64,000 bases of DNA, taken from positions 4,416,001 through 4,480,000 of the forward strand of contig CAVYRF010000002.1 of the NCBI GenBank assembly GCA_963770895.1, in the 5' to 3' direction. The translations under genes were made by a program, and so were the position numbers. Source of the DNA: an uncultured Acidobacteriota bacterium (GTDB taxonomy: Bacteria; Acidobacteriota; Thermoanaerobaculia; Multivoradales; UBA5704). Positions 1-9,414 of this stretch are shown here, one piece after another. A model generated the notes under the pieces. That model did not search any database. It was not told the origin of the DNA and worked only from the letters and a program-made list of their open reading frames with translations. The stretch's first letter is position 1; every line of letters starts with the position of its first letter.

Positions 1-1234
1 CGTAGCCGGTCAGGTGACCCAGGACGGGGCTGCGCAGGCGCGAGCCGTCGGCGGCGAAGGTGAGCGGCAGCAGGCGGCTGTCGGCGGGCACGGCGTCCAG
101 GCCGCGCAGGTAGGCGCGCAGCAGCGGATCGAGCCGCAGCCAGGCGCGGCCGACCAGCAGCAGGTTGGCCAGCGCGACGATGGCGAGCGCGCCGACGACG
201 GCGCGCCGCGCCGCCGGCCCGATGCGGGCGCTGAACCAGGGCAGCAGGACCAGGAAGGGATAGAGGCCCAGCCGCGGCTTGAGGTAGGAGCCGCCGGCCA
301 TGCCGTCCGGAAACACCAGCAGCAGCACCGCGAACAGCAGGCTGAGCAGCAGGAAGGCGTCTTCGGGCCGTACCGCCAGGCGCCATCGGCCCGCCGGGTT
401 CCACCGCAGGCCCTCGACTCCGACGCGGGCGGCGAGCAGGGCGGCGAAGATCAGCGCCAGCGGCAGCCCGAGCGCGTCGCGCGGCGCGGCGTCGAGCGAG
501 ATGGCGCTGGCCCGCAGCAGGTAGGGCCAGGCGCTTTCGGCGCCGCCTGCCGGCAGCATCGGCTGGCCGTGCTGGACCCACACGAACCACAGCGGCAGCG
601 CGAGCTGCGGCGCGAGCACCGCCAGGTGGCGCAGGTGCCGCCGCCAGTTGTCGGCGCGCAGGGTCGCCGCCCACAGGACGCCGATCGCCGCCACCGCCAG
701 CAGCAGCGACACGATGTGGGCAAAGTAGCAGGCGAGCAGCAGGCAGGACAGGACCAGCGCCGGCCGCGGCGCCGGCCGCTCGCGATGGCGCCACCAGTAG
801 CCCAGGGCGATCAGGAAGAGCGCGACGCTCAGGCAGAAGTTGTAAAAGCCGAGCGCCAGCGCTGCGTTGAAGACGAACGGGAACCCCAGGAAGGCGTAGA
901 ACCGCCGCGCCGGGTCGACGGCCCCGGCCAGGTACCAGCAGGCAAAGAGCAGCAGCAGGACGTAGCCGCTGACCAGCAGCTTTTCCGCCACCACCGGCGG
1001 CGCCACGACCATCAGCAGCGCCAGCAGGGCATGGCCCAGCCAGTTGGGCAGCGGCCGCCAATCGACCTGGTAGAAGCGCGCGAAGAGCGGGTAGTCCGCG
1101 TGGTTGCCGTACTGGCGGAGCACCCAGGCGTTATACACGTGGCTGGGGCCGTCGAGCGTCGGCAGGTAGGCGACCATCCACGGCGGCGCCACGTAGAGCG
1201 CCGCCAAAACGACAAACAGGCAGAGCAGCGCCAC
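1..1234 (-). CDS. Multi-pass membrane protein, putative GT-C-like glycosyltransferase; 3' end runs off the window
   Basis: Not in the ORF track because it has no stop in the window. Manual minus-strand translation gives VALLCLFVVLAALYVAPPWMVAYLPTLDGPSHVYNAW...PLPNWLGH...GFYNFCLS... with many hydrophobic segments. Start uncertain (GTG 1234, or in-frame ACG 1315 after GAAGGAG). Confidence 0.7.
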   Translation of the reverse strand, partial: MALLCLFVVLAALYVAPPWMVAYLPTLDGPSHVYNAWVLRQYGNHADYPLFARFYQVDWRPLPNWLGHALLALLMVVAPPVVAEKLLVSGYVLLLLFACWYLAGAVDPARRFYAFLGFPFVFNAALALGFYNFCLSVALFLIALGYWWRHRERPAPRPALVLSCLLLACYFAHIVSLLLAVAAIGVLWAATLRADNWRRHLRHLAVLAPQLALPLWFVWVQHGQPMLPAGGAESAWPYLLRASAISLDAAPRDALGLPLALIFAALLAARVGVEGLRWNPAGRWRLAVRPEDAFLLLSLLFAVLLLVFPDGMAGGSYLKPRLGLYPFLVLLPWFSARIGPAARRAVVGALAIVALANLLLVGRAWLRLDPLLRAYLRGLDAVPADSRLLPLTFAADGSRLRSPVLGHLTGY

Positions 1235-1648
1235 CGGCCGCCGCCCCGCGCCTGGCCGCGCCGGGTCCGCGTCGGGGACCGGTGCAAGGGGTGGAATCGA
1301 GGACTGCGAAGACGTATCCGCTCCTTCTGGCGGCCGGGACGGGAAATTAGTGCCCCGCCCGGTTCATTCGCTTGGTGGTCGCGCCGCGATCCGGTCCTCT
1401 GGCAAGGCGCGCCGACGCAGGGCCACCGCGAGATTATGCCGGCTGGTACGGAGTGCCGCCAGGCTTGCCGCTGTCGGCTGTCCGCTGTCCGCGGCCGCGC
1501 CGGCGGGTGCGCGGGCTCACCGAGGGCTCCGATGGGCCCCTCCCCCTTGCGGTTCCACCATCTGGATGCATAGAATTGCCTTAGCAACGGCTGATCTCAA
1601 GCAGATGTCGCCAAACCCGCAAACGGGTCGCCTCCCAGGGAGCAGCGC

Positions 1649-3103
1649 ATGGCTCTAGTCGATGAACCGCGCCATCCATGGCCTGACGCTGGCGCTTCGA
1701 TCGCAGCTCCGGTCGCCGCGAGGGCCGGCGGCGCCCGCGCCGATGGCCTGGATCCCCTGGCACCCTCCGGCACCGCGGCCACCGCCGCGCCGGCGGCGGC
1801 CGTTGGCGCCGCCACGGCCGCCGAGCCGCTGGCGGCGGATTGGAGTTTTGCCCAGCGGTTCGCGCTGCGCTTCGCCGCCTGCTACGCGCTGCTGTACTAC
1901 GGCATCTCGCTGTTGATCTACATCCCCGGGGCGGGCGTTGTGGTGGGGCCGTATGTGAACCTGTGGATGCGATTCATCCCCTGGGTCGGCAAGGCGGTGC
2001 TGCACCTGGCCGCTCCGGTCGCCACCTATCCCAACGGCAACGGCAGCGGCGACACGATGTACGACTGGGTGCAGCAGCTCTGCTACCTGGTGTTCGCCGT
2101 CGCCGTCGCCGGCGTCTGGAGCATCGTCGCGCGGCGGCGCCGCGAGGAGCGCCGGCTGTACGAATGGCTGCGCCTGTTTGCCCGCTACAGCCTGGCCTTT
2201 ATCCTGCTCGGCTACGGCTTTGCGAAGGTCATCAAGATGCAGTTCCCGGACCCCAGCCCGCTGCGCCTGGTCGAGCCGGTGGGCGAGATGTCGCCGATGG
2301 GGCTGCTGTGGACGTTCATGGGCTTTTCGGCGCCGTACACGTTTTTTGCCGGCGCGGCCGAGGTGGTGGGCGCGGCGCTGCTGCTGTTCCGCCGCACCAC
2401 CACGCTGGGCGCCCTGGTGTTGATCTCGGTGATGACCAACGTCGTCATGCTCAACTTCTGCTACGAAGTGCCGGTCAAGCTTTTTTCGACCAACCTGCTG
2501 CTGGTGGCGGTGTTTCTGGCGCTGCCCGACCTGCGCCGCCTGGCGGACGTGCTGGTGTTCAACCGCCCGACCCGGCCGGCCGTGGAGGTGCCGCTGGTCA
2601 CCGCCCGCTGGGCGAAGATCGGCGGCCTGGTGCTGAAGGTGGTGCTGGTCGGGTTCGTGCTGTACACCCACGTCGACGGCACCCTGGAGGCGCAGCGCGC
2701 GTATGCCGGCGTGGCGACCCAGGGGCCGCTCGCCGGCGCTTACGACGTCGAAGATTTTGCGCTGGCCGGCAAGTCCCTGCCGCCGGTCGCCGGCGACGCC
2801 AACCGATGGAAGCGGATGGCAGCCCAGCGGCAGATGGTCGCGGTGTACCGCATGGACGATACGCTCCAGCGGTATGCCGCCACGGTGGACCCGCAGCGGC
2901 GCACGCTCGCCTTGGCGGACCTGGCGAGCAAGGCGCCGGTGGGGGCGCTGGTGTGGTCGCGGCCGGACCCCAACCACCTGATCCTGCAGGGCACCCTGTC
3001 GAAGCAACCGGTGCTCATCAAGCTGCGCCGCCTGGACACCAGCAAGGCGCCGCTGCTGCGCCGCGGCTTCCACTGGGTCAACGAGCTGCCGTATAACCGT
3101 TAG
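1649..3103 (+). CDS. DoxX-like membrane protein
   Basis: 484 aa, several TM segments, YGFAKVIKMQFP...MSPMGLLWTFMGFS and LNFCYEVPVKLFS motifs; GGAG upstream of the start. Confidence 0.7.
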   Translation: MALVDEPRHPWPDAGASIAAPVAARAGGARADGLDPLAPSGTAATAAPAAAVGAATAAEPLAADWSFAQRFALRFAACYALLYYGISLLIYIPGAGVVVGPYVNLWMRFIPWVGKAVLHLAAPVATYPNGNGSGDTMYDWVQQLCYLVFAVAVAGVWSIVARRRREERRLYEWLRLFARYSLAFILLGYGFAKVIKMQFPDPSPLRLVEPVGEMSPMGLLWTFMGFSAPYTFFAGAAEVVGAALLLFRRTTTLGALVLISVMTNVVMLNFCYEVPVKLFSTNLLLVAVFLALPDLRRLADVLVFNRPTRPAVEVPLVTARWAKIGGLVLKVVLVGFVLYTHVDGTLEAQRAYAGVATQGPLAGAYDVEDFALAGKSLPPVAGDANRWKRMAAQRQMVAVYRMDDTLQRYAATVDPQRRTLALADLASKAPVGALVWSRPDPNHLILQGTLSKQPVLIKLRRLDTSKAPLLRRGFHWVNELPYNR

Positions 3104-3266
3104 TGGCCCGCACGGTTACTTCGCTTGCCATTCGCTTGCCCTCCACGCCCCTGGCTTCGTTGCGCCTCCTCGACATACGTTTCGACTATGCCTGCGTCGG
3201 CGGCGCCTCGCCAGGAACGCGGATGGCGGCGCGACTGACAAGCGGAGTAACCGTGCGGGACACTCG
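3101..3266. mobile_element. MITE-like palindromic element (~165 bp)
   Basis: Terminal inverted repeats AGTGGCCCGCACGGTTACTTCGCTTGCCA (3102-3130) and TGACAAGCGGAGTAACCGTGCGGGACACT (3236-3264), 26/29 complementary; non-coding. Confidence 0.65.
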
Positions 3267-3458
3267 GCGGGGGCAACTCGTGCCGTGGGGCGGCCGCTGC
3301 CGCGTTGCGGCGTCGCGGCATCGCAGTGCGGCAAAATGGCACGACCAGTCGTCTTGCGCCGCCGGGAAGATGGGAGTAGACTCGATGTCGCACTGCGGCA
3401 TAACGGGGCGCACAGGCCGCCTTGGACGCCGCGTCAGGCGCAAGGGAGAATAGCCACC

Positions 3459-5435
3459 ATGGCGAGCAAAGACCTGCACGTGAGCGAATTGGAGTCGAGG
3501 AAGGTGGCCGAGGCGTCGCGCGAGACGGAGTGGAAGCAGCCCAGCTTCCTGCGCGAGATGTTCCTGGGCACTTTCAGGCTGGACCTGATCGACCCGTACC
3601 CGTTGCCGGAGCCCGAGCGCCCCGAATTCGTCGCCTTCTACGCGGCTCTGCGGGAGTTCCTGGCCAGCGAGGTGGACCCGATCGAGATCGATGCCACCGG
3701 CGAGTATCCCGAGCACGTGGTGGACGGCCTGCGCAAGCTGGGCGCCTTCGGCATGAAGATCCCGGTCAAGTACGGCGGCCTGGGCTTCACCAACGTCGAG
3801 TATCAAAAGGTCATCCAGCTCTTCGGCAGCCTGGACGGCAACCTGTCGGCGCTGCTGTCGGCCCACCAGTCGATCGGCGTGCCGCAGCCGCTCAAGCTGT
3901 TCGGCAGCGAGGACCTGAAGCAGAAGTACCTGCCGCGCTGCGCCCGCGGCGAGATCTCCGCCTTTGCGCTGACCGAGCCGCAGGTCGGTTCGGACCCGGC
4001 GCGGCTGGAAACCGACGCCGAGAAGACCCCCGAAGGCGACGCCTACATCCTCAACGGCGAAAAGCTGTGGTGCACCAACGGCACCCTGGCGAAGCTCCTG
4101 GTGGTGATGGCGCGCGACCCGAAGAGCAAGAAGATCAGCGCCTTCGTGGTGGAGACCGCCTGGCCGGGCGTCAAGATCGAGCACCGCTGCCACTTCATGG
4201 GCCTGCGCGCCCTGGCCAACGCCGTCATCAGCTTCACCAACGTGCGGGTGCCGGCCGAAAACCTCATCGGCCAGGAGGGCCGCGGCCTCAAGATCGCGCT
4301 CACCACCCTGAACGACGGCCGGCTGTCCATCCCCAACACTTCGGTGGGCACGGGCAAGCTGTGCCTGGAGATCTGCCGCACCTGGGCCAACGAGCGCGTG
4401 CAGTGGGGGCGCCCGATCGGCAAGCACGAGGCGGTGTCGCACAAGATCGCCGACATGGCGGCCACCACCTACGCCATGGATTCGATCGCCCACCTGGCGA
4501 CCGTGATGGCCGACCGCGGCAACTACGACATCCGGCTGGAGGCGGCGGCGTGCAAGGAGTGGAACACCGACCGCACCTGGGAGATCGTCGACGACACCAT
4601 GCAGATCCGTGGCGGCCGCGGCTATGAAACCGAGCGGTCGCTGGCGGCCCGCGGCGAAGTGCCGATCGGCGTCGAGCGGCTGATGCGCGACTATCGCATC
4701 AACAAGATCTTCGAAGGCTCGAGCGAGATCATGCACCTGTTCATGGCCCGCGAGGCGGTGGACAAGCACCTGGAAGTGGCCGGCAACCTGATCGATCCCG
4801 AAAAGGCGACGGCGGACAAGCTGGCGGCGCTGCCTAAGATCGCCGCTTTCTACGGTTCGTGGTACCCGTCGCGCTGGCTGGGTTGGGGCCAGTGGCCGCG
4901 CTACTCCGAGTACGGCTCGATGGCGACCCACCTGCGCTTCATCGAGCGCAACACCCGGCGCCTGGCGCGGCAGATCTTCCACGGCATGGTGGTCTACCAG
5001 GGCGCGCTGCAGAACAAGCAGGCGTTTCTGTTCCGCGCCGTGGACGTCGCCAACGAGATGTTCGCGATGGCCGCCTCCGCCGTGCGCGCCCACGCCATGA
5101 GCGACGCCGGCGCGCCGCACGCCGAGGAGGCGCTGGAGCTGGCCGACATGTTCTGCCGCAACGCCCGCCGCAAGGTGACGCGCCTGTTCCGCGAGCTGTG
5201 GGCCAACGACGACGCCCTCAAGTACCGCGTCGCGATGCGGGTCCTGGAGGGGCGCCACGCCTGGGTGTCGGAGGGCATCATGCCGCTGCCGACCGCCGCC
5301 CCCGCCCCCGGCGCCGGTGCGGCCGCCGCGCCCGCCGCCGCCCCCTCGATCGCCGCCGCCGTGCCGGCCGAGGGTCCGCGCCCGCTGCGCGAGGCCGAGC
5401 CGGCGGCTCGTCCCCGCCCGGTCGCCTCGCGCTGA
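3459..5435 (+). CDS. Acyl-CoA dehydrogenase (ACAD9/VLCAD-like, with C-terminal domain)
   Basis: AFALTEPQVGSD, LNGEKLWCTNG, QIRGGRGY, RDYRINKIFEGSSEI motifs; ATG 3459 after GGGAG. Confidence 0.92.
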   Translation: MASKDLHVSELESRKVAEASRETEWKQPSFLREMFLGTFRLDLIDPYPLPEPERPEFVAFYAALREFLASEVDPIEIDATGEYPEHVVDGLRKLGAFGMKIPVKYGGLGFTNVEYQKVIQLFGSLDGNLSALLSAHQSIGVPQPLKLFGSEDLKQKYLPRCARGEISAFALTEPQVGSDPARLETDAEKTPEGDAYILNGEKLWCTNGTLAKLLVVMARDPKSKKISAFVVETAWPGVKIEHRCHFMGLRALANAVISFTNVRVPAENLIGQEGRGLKIALTTLNDGRLSIPNTSVGTGKLCLEICRTWANERVQWGRPIGKHEAVSHKIADMAATTYAMDSIAHLATVMADRGNYDIRLEAAACKEWNTDRTWEIVDDTMQIRGGRGYETERSLAARGEVPIGVERLMRDYRINKIFEGSSEIMHLFMAREAVDKHLEVAGNLIDPEKATADKLAALPKIAAFYGSWYPSRWLGWGQWPRYSEYGSMATHLRFIERNTRRLARQIFHGMVVYQGALQNKQAFLFRAVDVANEMFAMAASAVRAHAMSDAGAPHAEEALELADMFCRNARRKVTRLFRELWANDDALKYRVAMRVLEGRHAWVSEGIMPLPTAAPAPGAGAAAAPAAAPSIAAAVPAEGPRPLREAEPAARPRPVASR

Positions 5436-5449
5436 GGCAACCGCAGTCC

Positions 5450-5496
5450 AGTGGAACCGCACGGCTACTTTGGCTGGTAGCCGTGCGGGTTCCGCT
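5450..5496. terminator. Hairpin, probable intrinsic terminator between convergent genes
   Basis: GGAACCGCACGGCTAC-N8-GTAGCCGTGCGGGTTCC followed by a pyrimidine run. Confidence 0.55.
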
Positions 5497-5573
5497 TCTC
5501 TTCCGGCAAAACCAAAGCGCTAGGGCGTAAGCCTGACGTCGACCCTTTACGTCGGGGTCGGTGACCCGGCAGG

Positions 5574-7109
5574 TCAGCGCGGCAGGTCCGGCACCGCGCC
5601 ATCGGGCGGCGGCTGGCCGCGCACGTAGCGCACCGCCGCGTCCAGCGCCAGGTCTTCACCCTGGCCCAGCCAGCGCTCGACAGCCTCGGCAGTCAGCGGT
5701 AGGCGCTGGTCGGGCTCGACGCCGCCGCGGCCGGCGGCGTCGCCGTCCACCTCGACCACGCCGCTGGCGTCGAGCGATTGCGCGTGCGGGTAGACGACCT
5801 CCAGGCCTGCCGGCAGGCGGATCGACTTTTCGCCGATGCCGAACGACCCCTGGGTGGTTTGAAACCCGATCACCCTGGTGTCGGGCTGCCCCTTGAGCAG
5901 GTAGGGGATGGCCTCTCCGGCGCTCACCGTGTCGCCGTCGATCAGCACCGCGATCCGCCCCCGATAGACCGGCGGGTGCTCGCGGACGTCGACCGCCTGG
6001 CGCGGGTCGGGCAGGAAGCGCCCTTGCGCGGCGGCGCGGAAGATCCCCGGCACCTCGTAGAACAGATCGTGGCGCACGAAGGGCGCCACCACCGGCGGCA
6101 CCCAGGCGTCGGCGCCGCCGCAGTTGCCGCGCACGTCGAGCACCACGCCGGGGAGCCCGTCGGCGGCGAAGTGCGCCAGCGCCCAGCGGATGCCCAGTCC
6201 GGGCAGCAGCGTGCGCAGCGTCGGCAGCTCGAAGCGCAGGCGCACGTAGCCGGCGCCGGCCGCCAGCTCGCGTGCGTCGTAGGTGCGGCCGAACAGCAGG
6301 GCGCCGGCATGCAGGCAGGGCGGGCCGTCCGGCGGCGCGGCGGTGGCGACCAGGTCGGCCAGGTCGGCGTCCGCCGCGGCAGGCGGGCCGCCGGCGCGAT
6401 CCCCGCGATTGCGGTAGCGGACCTGGGCGTGCGCCCCGACCGGCGCGCGGCCGATCATGCGCTCCTGGATCAGCCGCAGGCCGGCGCGCGTGGCGGGGGG
6501 GCGGTCGCTCCACAAAACCGGCGCCCCGGCCAGCGCCTGCTCGACCGGCTGGCCGTTCCAGGCTTGGACCTGGGCGCCGAAGCGCACGCCGGCGCGGTCG
6601 GCGGGGCCGCCGGGCGCGACGTGCACGGCCAGGAAGCGCCCGTCGTCCAGCTCGGCCAGCTGCAGGCCGAAGCTGCCGCCGGCTTCGTCGCGCGCCAGGC
6701 CGTGGTCGTCGCCCAGCACGTGGGCGTGGCCGTCGCGCATGCGCCAGACCAGCTCGCGCACCACCCGGTACCAGGCCCGCGCGTCCCCCTGCGCTTCGGC
6801 GCGCGCCGCCCGCGGCGCCAGCTCCGCCTCCGTCGCCGCCCAGTCGAGCCCCTTCCAGGCGGTGAACGGATACTCGCGCGCCAGGCGCGCGCAGAGCGCC
6901 GAAAAGGCCGCGCTCCAGCTCATCTGGCTGAAGTCGGCGTGGCGCGGCCGGTCGAGCGAGAACCCCGTCGCCGCCAGCCACCAGCACACCGCCAGCGCCG
7001 CCGCCAAGCCGGCGCGCCCGCGCCTGCCGAGCCATCCCGCCGTCCCCATCGGTTCCATCGGTCCCATCGTCCCCATCGTCCCCATCGTCCCCAGCGTTTG
7101 TCCCGCCAT
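5574..7109 (-). CDS. Secreted S41-family (tail-specific) peptidase with PDZ-like region
   Basis: EYPFTAWKGLDW, RDGH, VLDVRGNCGG, TVSAGE, GGVEPD motifs; signal-like segment; start chosen at MAGQTLG, several alternative ATGs. Confidence 0.8.
   Translation of the reverse strand: MAGQTLGTMGTMGTMGPMEPMGTAGWLGRRGRAGLAAALAVCWWLAATGFSLDRPRHADFSQMSWSAAFSALCARLAREYPFTAWKGLDWAATEAELAPRAARAEAQGDARAWYRVVRELVWRMRDGHAHVLGDDHGLARDEAGGSFGLQLAELDDGRFLAVHVAPGGPADRAGVRFGAQVQAWNGQPVEQALAGAPVLWSDRPPATRAGLRLIQERMIGRAPVGAHAQVRYRNRGDRAGGPPAAADADLADLVATAAPPDGPPCLHAGALLFGRTYDARELAAGAGYVRLRFELPTLRTLLPGLGIRWALAHFAADGLPGVVLDVRGNCGGADAWVPPVVAPFVRHDLFYEVPGIFRAAAQGRFLPDPRQAVDVREHPPVYRGRIAVLIDGDTVSAGEAIPYLLKGQPDTRVIGFQTTQGSFGIGEKSIRLPAGLEVVYPHAQSLDASGVVEVDGDAAGRGGVEPDQRLPLTAEAVERWLGQGEDLALDAAVRYVRGQPPPDGAVPDLPR
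7041..7092. repeat. 9-bp tandem repeat (CCCATCGTC-like) encoding MGT-MGT-MGP-MEP-MGT
   Basis: Directly visible, about 5-6 imperfect copies at the 5' end of the S41 peptidase gene. Confidence 0.8.
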
Positions 7110-7373
7110 CTGTTGCCGTCGCCGCACCGTGCCGTTTGCGCCCTGGTGTCCCGTCCGGTTCACAGGGGGCCGGAGGGCAAGCGAATGCCATACGAATGAA
7201 CCGGACGGGAGACTCCCAGCTGCCGCCGCGCCGCCGGCCATGGTATCTCCAGGCGCGGTCCGGCGGCGCCCCGGCCGCGGCGGTGCGAGGGGCGCAAACC
7301 GCCAACTTCCGCGGGGTTGCGGGTCGTGGTAGGGTGAGCTCGCGATGAATTGCTTTGCCGGTTGCAAGCGGGT

Positions 7374-8363
7374 ATGAGGGCGGTTCTTCCCACCGTCGGC
7401 GTGCCGCTGGACGGGGCGCGGCTGGTGCCCCAGGTGGGCGAGCTTCCCGACCCGACGGCGCGGGAGGGGGAGGTCGTGGTGGAGGTCGAAGCGGCCGGCC
7501 TCAACCGCGCCGACCTGTTTCAGCTGGCCGGTCAGTATCCGCCGCCGGCGGGGGAGAGCGACGTGCCGGGGCTGGAGTGTGCCGGCGTGATCGCGTCCGT
7601 GGCCTGGGGCGTCGACCGCTGGAAGGTCGGGATGCGGGTGATGGCGCTGGTGGCCGGCGGCGGCCTGGCGACCCGCGTGGTGGTGCCCGCCGGACAGCTG
7701 ATGCCGCTGCCGGACAACCTCTCCTTCATCGAAGGCGCCGCGATCCCCGAAGCCGGCATCACCGCCTGGACCAACCTGGTGTTCGAAGGCGGCCTGGTGA
7801 CCGGCGAGGTGGTGCTGATCACCGGCGCCACCGGCGGCGTCGGCACCTTCGCGGTGCAGGTGGCGCGCGAGCTGGGCACGCGGGTGATCGCCGCGGCGCG
7901 CAACGCCGAGCGGCTGGCGCGGCTGCGCGAGCTGGGGGTCGAAGACCTGGTGACCGAAGATGAGAAGCTGCCCGAACGGGTGCGCGCGCTGCTCGGCGGC
8001 CGGGGCGTGGACATGGTGCTCGACCTGGTGGGCGGCAGCAGCCTGCCGGGGCACCTGGCGGTGGTCAAGACGGGTGGGCGGCTGGTGCTGATCGGCCTGC
8101 TGGCCGGCGCCAAGGCGGAACTGGAGCTGCATCCCATCCTGCGCCGCCGCATCCGCATCATGGGGTCGGTGCTGCGCGCCCGCTCGCGCGACGAAAAGAC
8201 CCGCCTGGTGGAGGGGTTCGGCGCCTTTGCCATTCCGCGCCTGCGCGCCGGGCGGCTGCGGCCGGTCATCGACCAGGTGCTGCCGCTCGCGGAGGCGGCC
8301 CGCGCCTACGCGGCGATGGCCGACGGCAAGGGTTTCGGTAAGATCGTGCTCACCATGCGGTGA
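7374..8363 (+). CDS. NAD(P)H-quinone oxidoreductase (PIG3/zeta-crystallin, MDR family)
   Basis: GLNRADLFQ..GQYPPPAG, PGLECAG, GATGGVGT, GSVLRARS, GKIVL motifs. Confidence 0.9.
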   Translation: MRAVLPTVGVPLDGARLVPQVGELPDPTAREGEVVVEVEAAGLNRADLFQLAGQYPPPAGESDVPGLECAGVIASVAWGVDRWKVGMRVMALVAGGGLATRVVVPAGQLMPLPDNLSFIEGAAIPEAGITAWTNLVFEGGLVTGEVVLITGATGGVGTFAVQVARELGTRVIAAARNAERLARLRELGVEDLVTEDEKLPERVRALLGGRGVDMVLDLVGGSSLPGHLAVVKTGGRLVLIGLLAGAKAELELHPILRRRIRIMGSVLRARSRDEKTRLVEGFGAFAIPRLRAGRLRPVIDQVLPLAEAARAYAAMADGKGFGKIVLTMR

Positions 8364-8490
8364 GCGAGCGCCCCGGTGCCATACCGCGCCGGCGTCCCCG
8401 GCGCCCCGGTGCGTCGGAAGCCCGTCGCGCCGGAATCCCGGCGATCATCGAGCGCGTCCCCGGCGACAGCGACTCAAGAAAGGAGCAGCG

Positions 8491-8958
8491 ATGGGCATGT
8501 GGAAAGAGTTCCGCGATTTCACCACCCGCGGCAACGTCATCGACCTGGCGATCGGCATCATGGTGGGCGGCGCCTTTGCGCCGATCGCCAAGTCGCTGGT
8601 GGACGACATCATCATGCCGCCGATCGGCCTGGTGCTGGGCCGCGTGGACTTCAAGAACCTCTTCCTGCAGCTGACCGAAGGCAAGACCCCAGGCCCGTAC
8701 CACACGGTGGAAGCTGCCAAGGCCGCCGGCGCCGTGACCGTCAATTACGGCCTGTTCATCAATGAGATCATCACGTTTCTCATCATCGCCTTTTGCGCCT
8801 TCCTGATCGTGCAGATGGTCAACCGCCTGCGCCGCAGGCACGAGGGCGCCGCTCCCGCCGAACCGACCACCAAGCAGTGCCCGTACTGCCTGACCGCGGT
8901 GCCGGTCAAGGCGACGCGCTGCTCCGCCTGCACCTCGCAGCTGCCGGCAGCCGGCTGA
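8491..8958 (+). CDS. mscL: Large-conductance mechanosensitive channel with C-terminal Cys4 motif
   Basis: MWKEFRDF..RGNVIDLAIGI, SLVDDIIMPPIG, NYGLFIN; AAGGAG RBS; tail CPYC-x10-CSAC. Confidence 0.93.
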   Translation: MGMWKEFRDFTTRGNVIDLAIGIMVGGAFAPIAKSLVDDIIMPPIGLVLGRVDFKNLFLQLTEGKTPGPYHTVEAAKAAGAVTVNYGLFINEIITFLIIAFCAFLIVQMVNRLRRRHEGAAPAEPTTKQCPYCLTAVPVKATRCSACTSQLPAAG

Positions 8959-9134
8959 GCGGCGTCAGGCGCCACCATTGCGCCGCCGGCGCGGCGGCCG
9001 CGCTGCCGCCCCAGCGGTTGCCGCGCCGGTGCGCACCCGCGGCGCTGATCGTCGCCCGGTGGTGGCACAGGGGTTGCTATTCCTCCGAGAGTCGTTCGCC
9101 AGGGCTGAGAGCGAACGACGAGGGGAGGACCTCC

Positions 9135-9398
9135 ATGAACTTCATTGTCTGGCTCATCGTCGGCGGTCTGATCGGATGGACCGCGAGCATCATCATGCGG
9201 CATCCCGAAGGGGTGCTCATGGACGTGGTGGTGGGCATCGCCGGTGCGGTGATCGCCGGATTCCTGCTGGCTCCGGTCTTCGGCACGAGCACCATCAACC
9301 AGCACAACTTGAGCGCCGCCAGCCTGCTGGTTTCGCTTGCCGGGTCGGTCATCCTGCTGGCGGTGGTGAACCTGTTCCGCCGCAGCGCCGTGCACTGA
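9135..9398 (+). CDS. GlsB/YeaQ/YmgE (transglycosylase-associated) small membrane protein
   Basis: MNFIVWLIVGGLIGWTASIIM...VVGIAGAVIAG...GSVILL; GGAGG RBS. Confidence 0.88.
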   Translation: MNFIVWLIVGGLIGWTASIIMRHPEGVLMDVVVGIAGAVIAGFLLAPVFGTSTINQHNLSAASLLVSLAGSVILLAVVNLFRRSAVH

Positions 9399-9414
9399 AA
9401 CCTGGGGCCGGGTG

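Noticed and set aside
14-1573. 519-aa plus-strand ORF
   Set aside because: Gln/Arg/His-rich antisense shadow of the real minus-strand membrane protein
5574-8132. 852-aa version of the S41 peptidase (and 1546-aa version of the TPR kinase)
   Set aside because: The N-terminal extensions overlap neighbouring genuine genes; starts trimmed to 7109 and 57405
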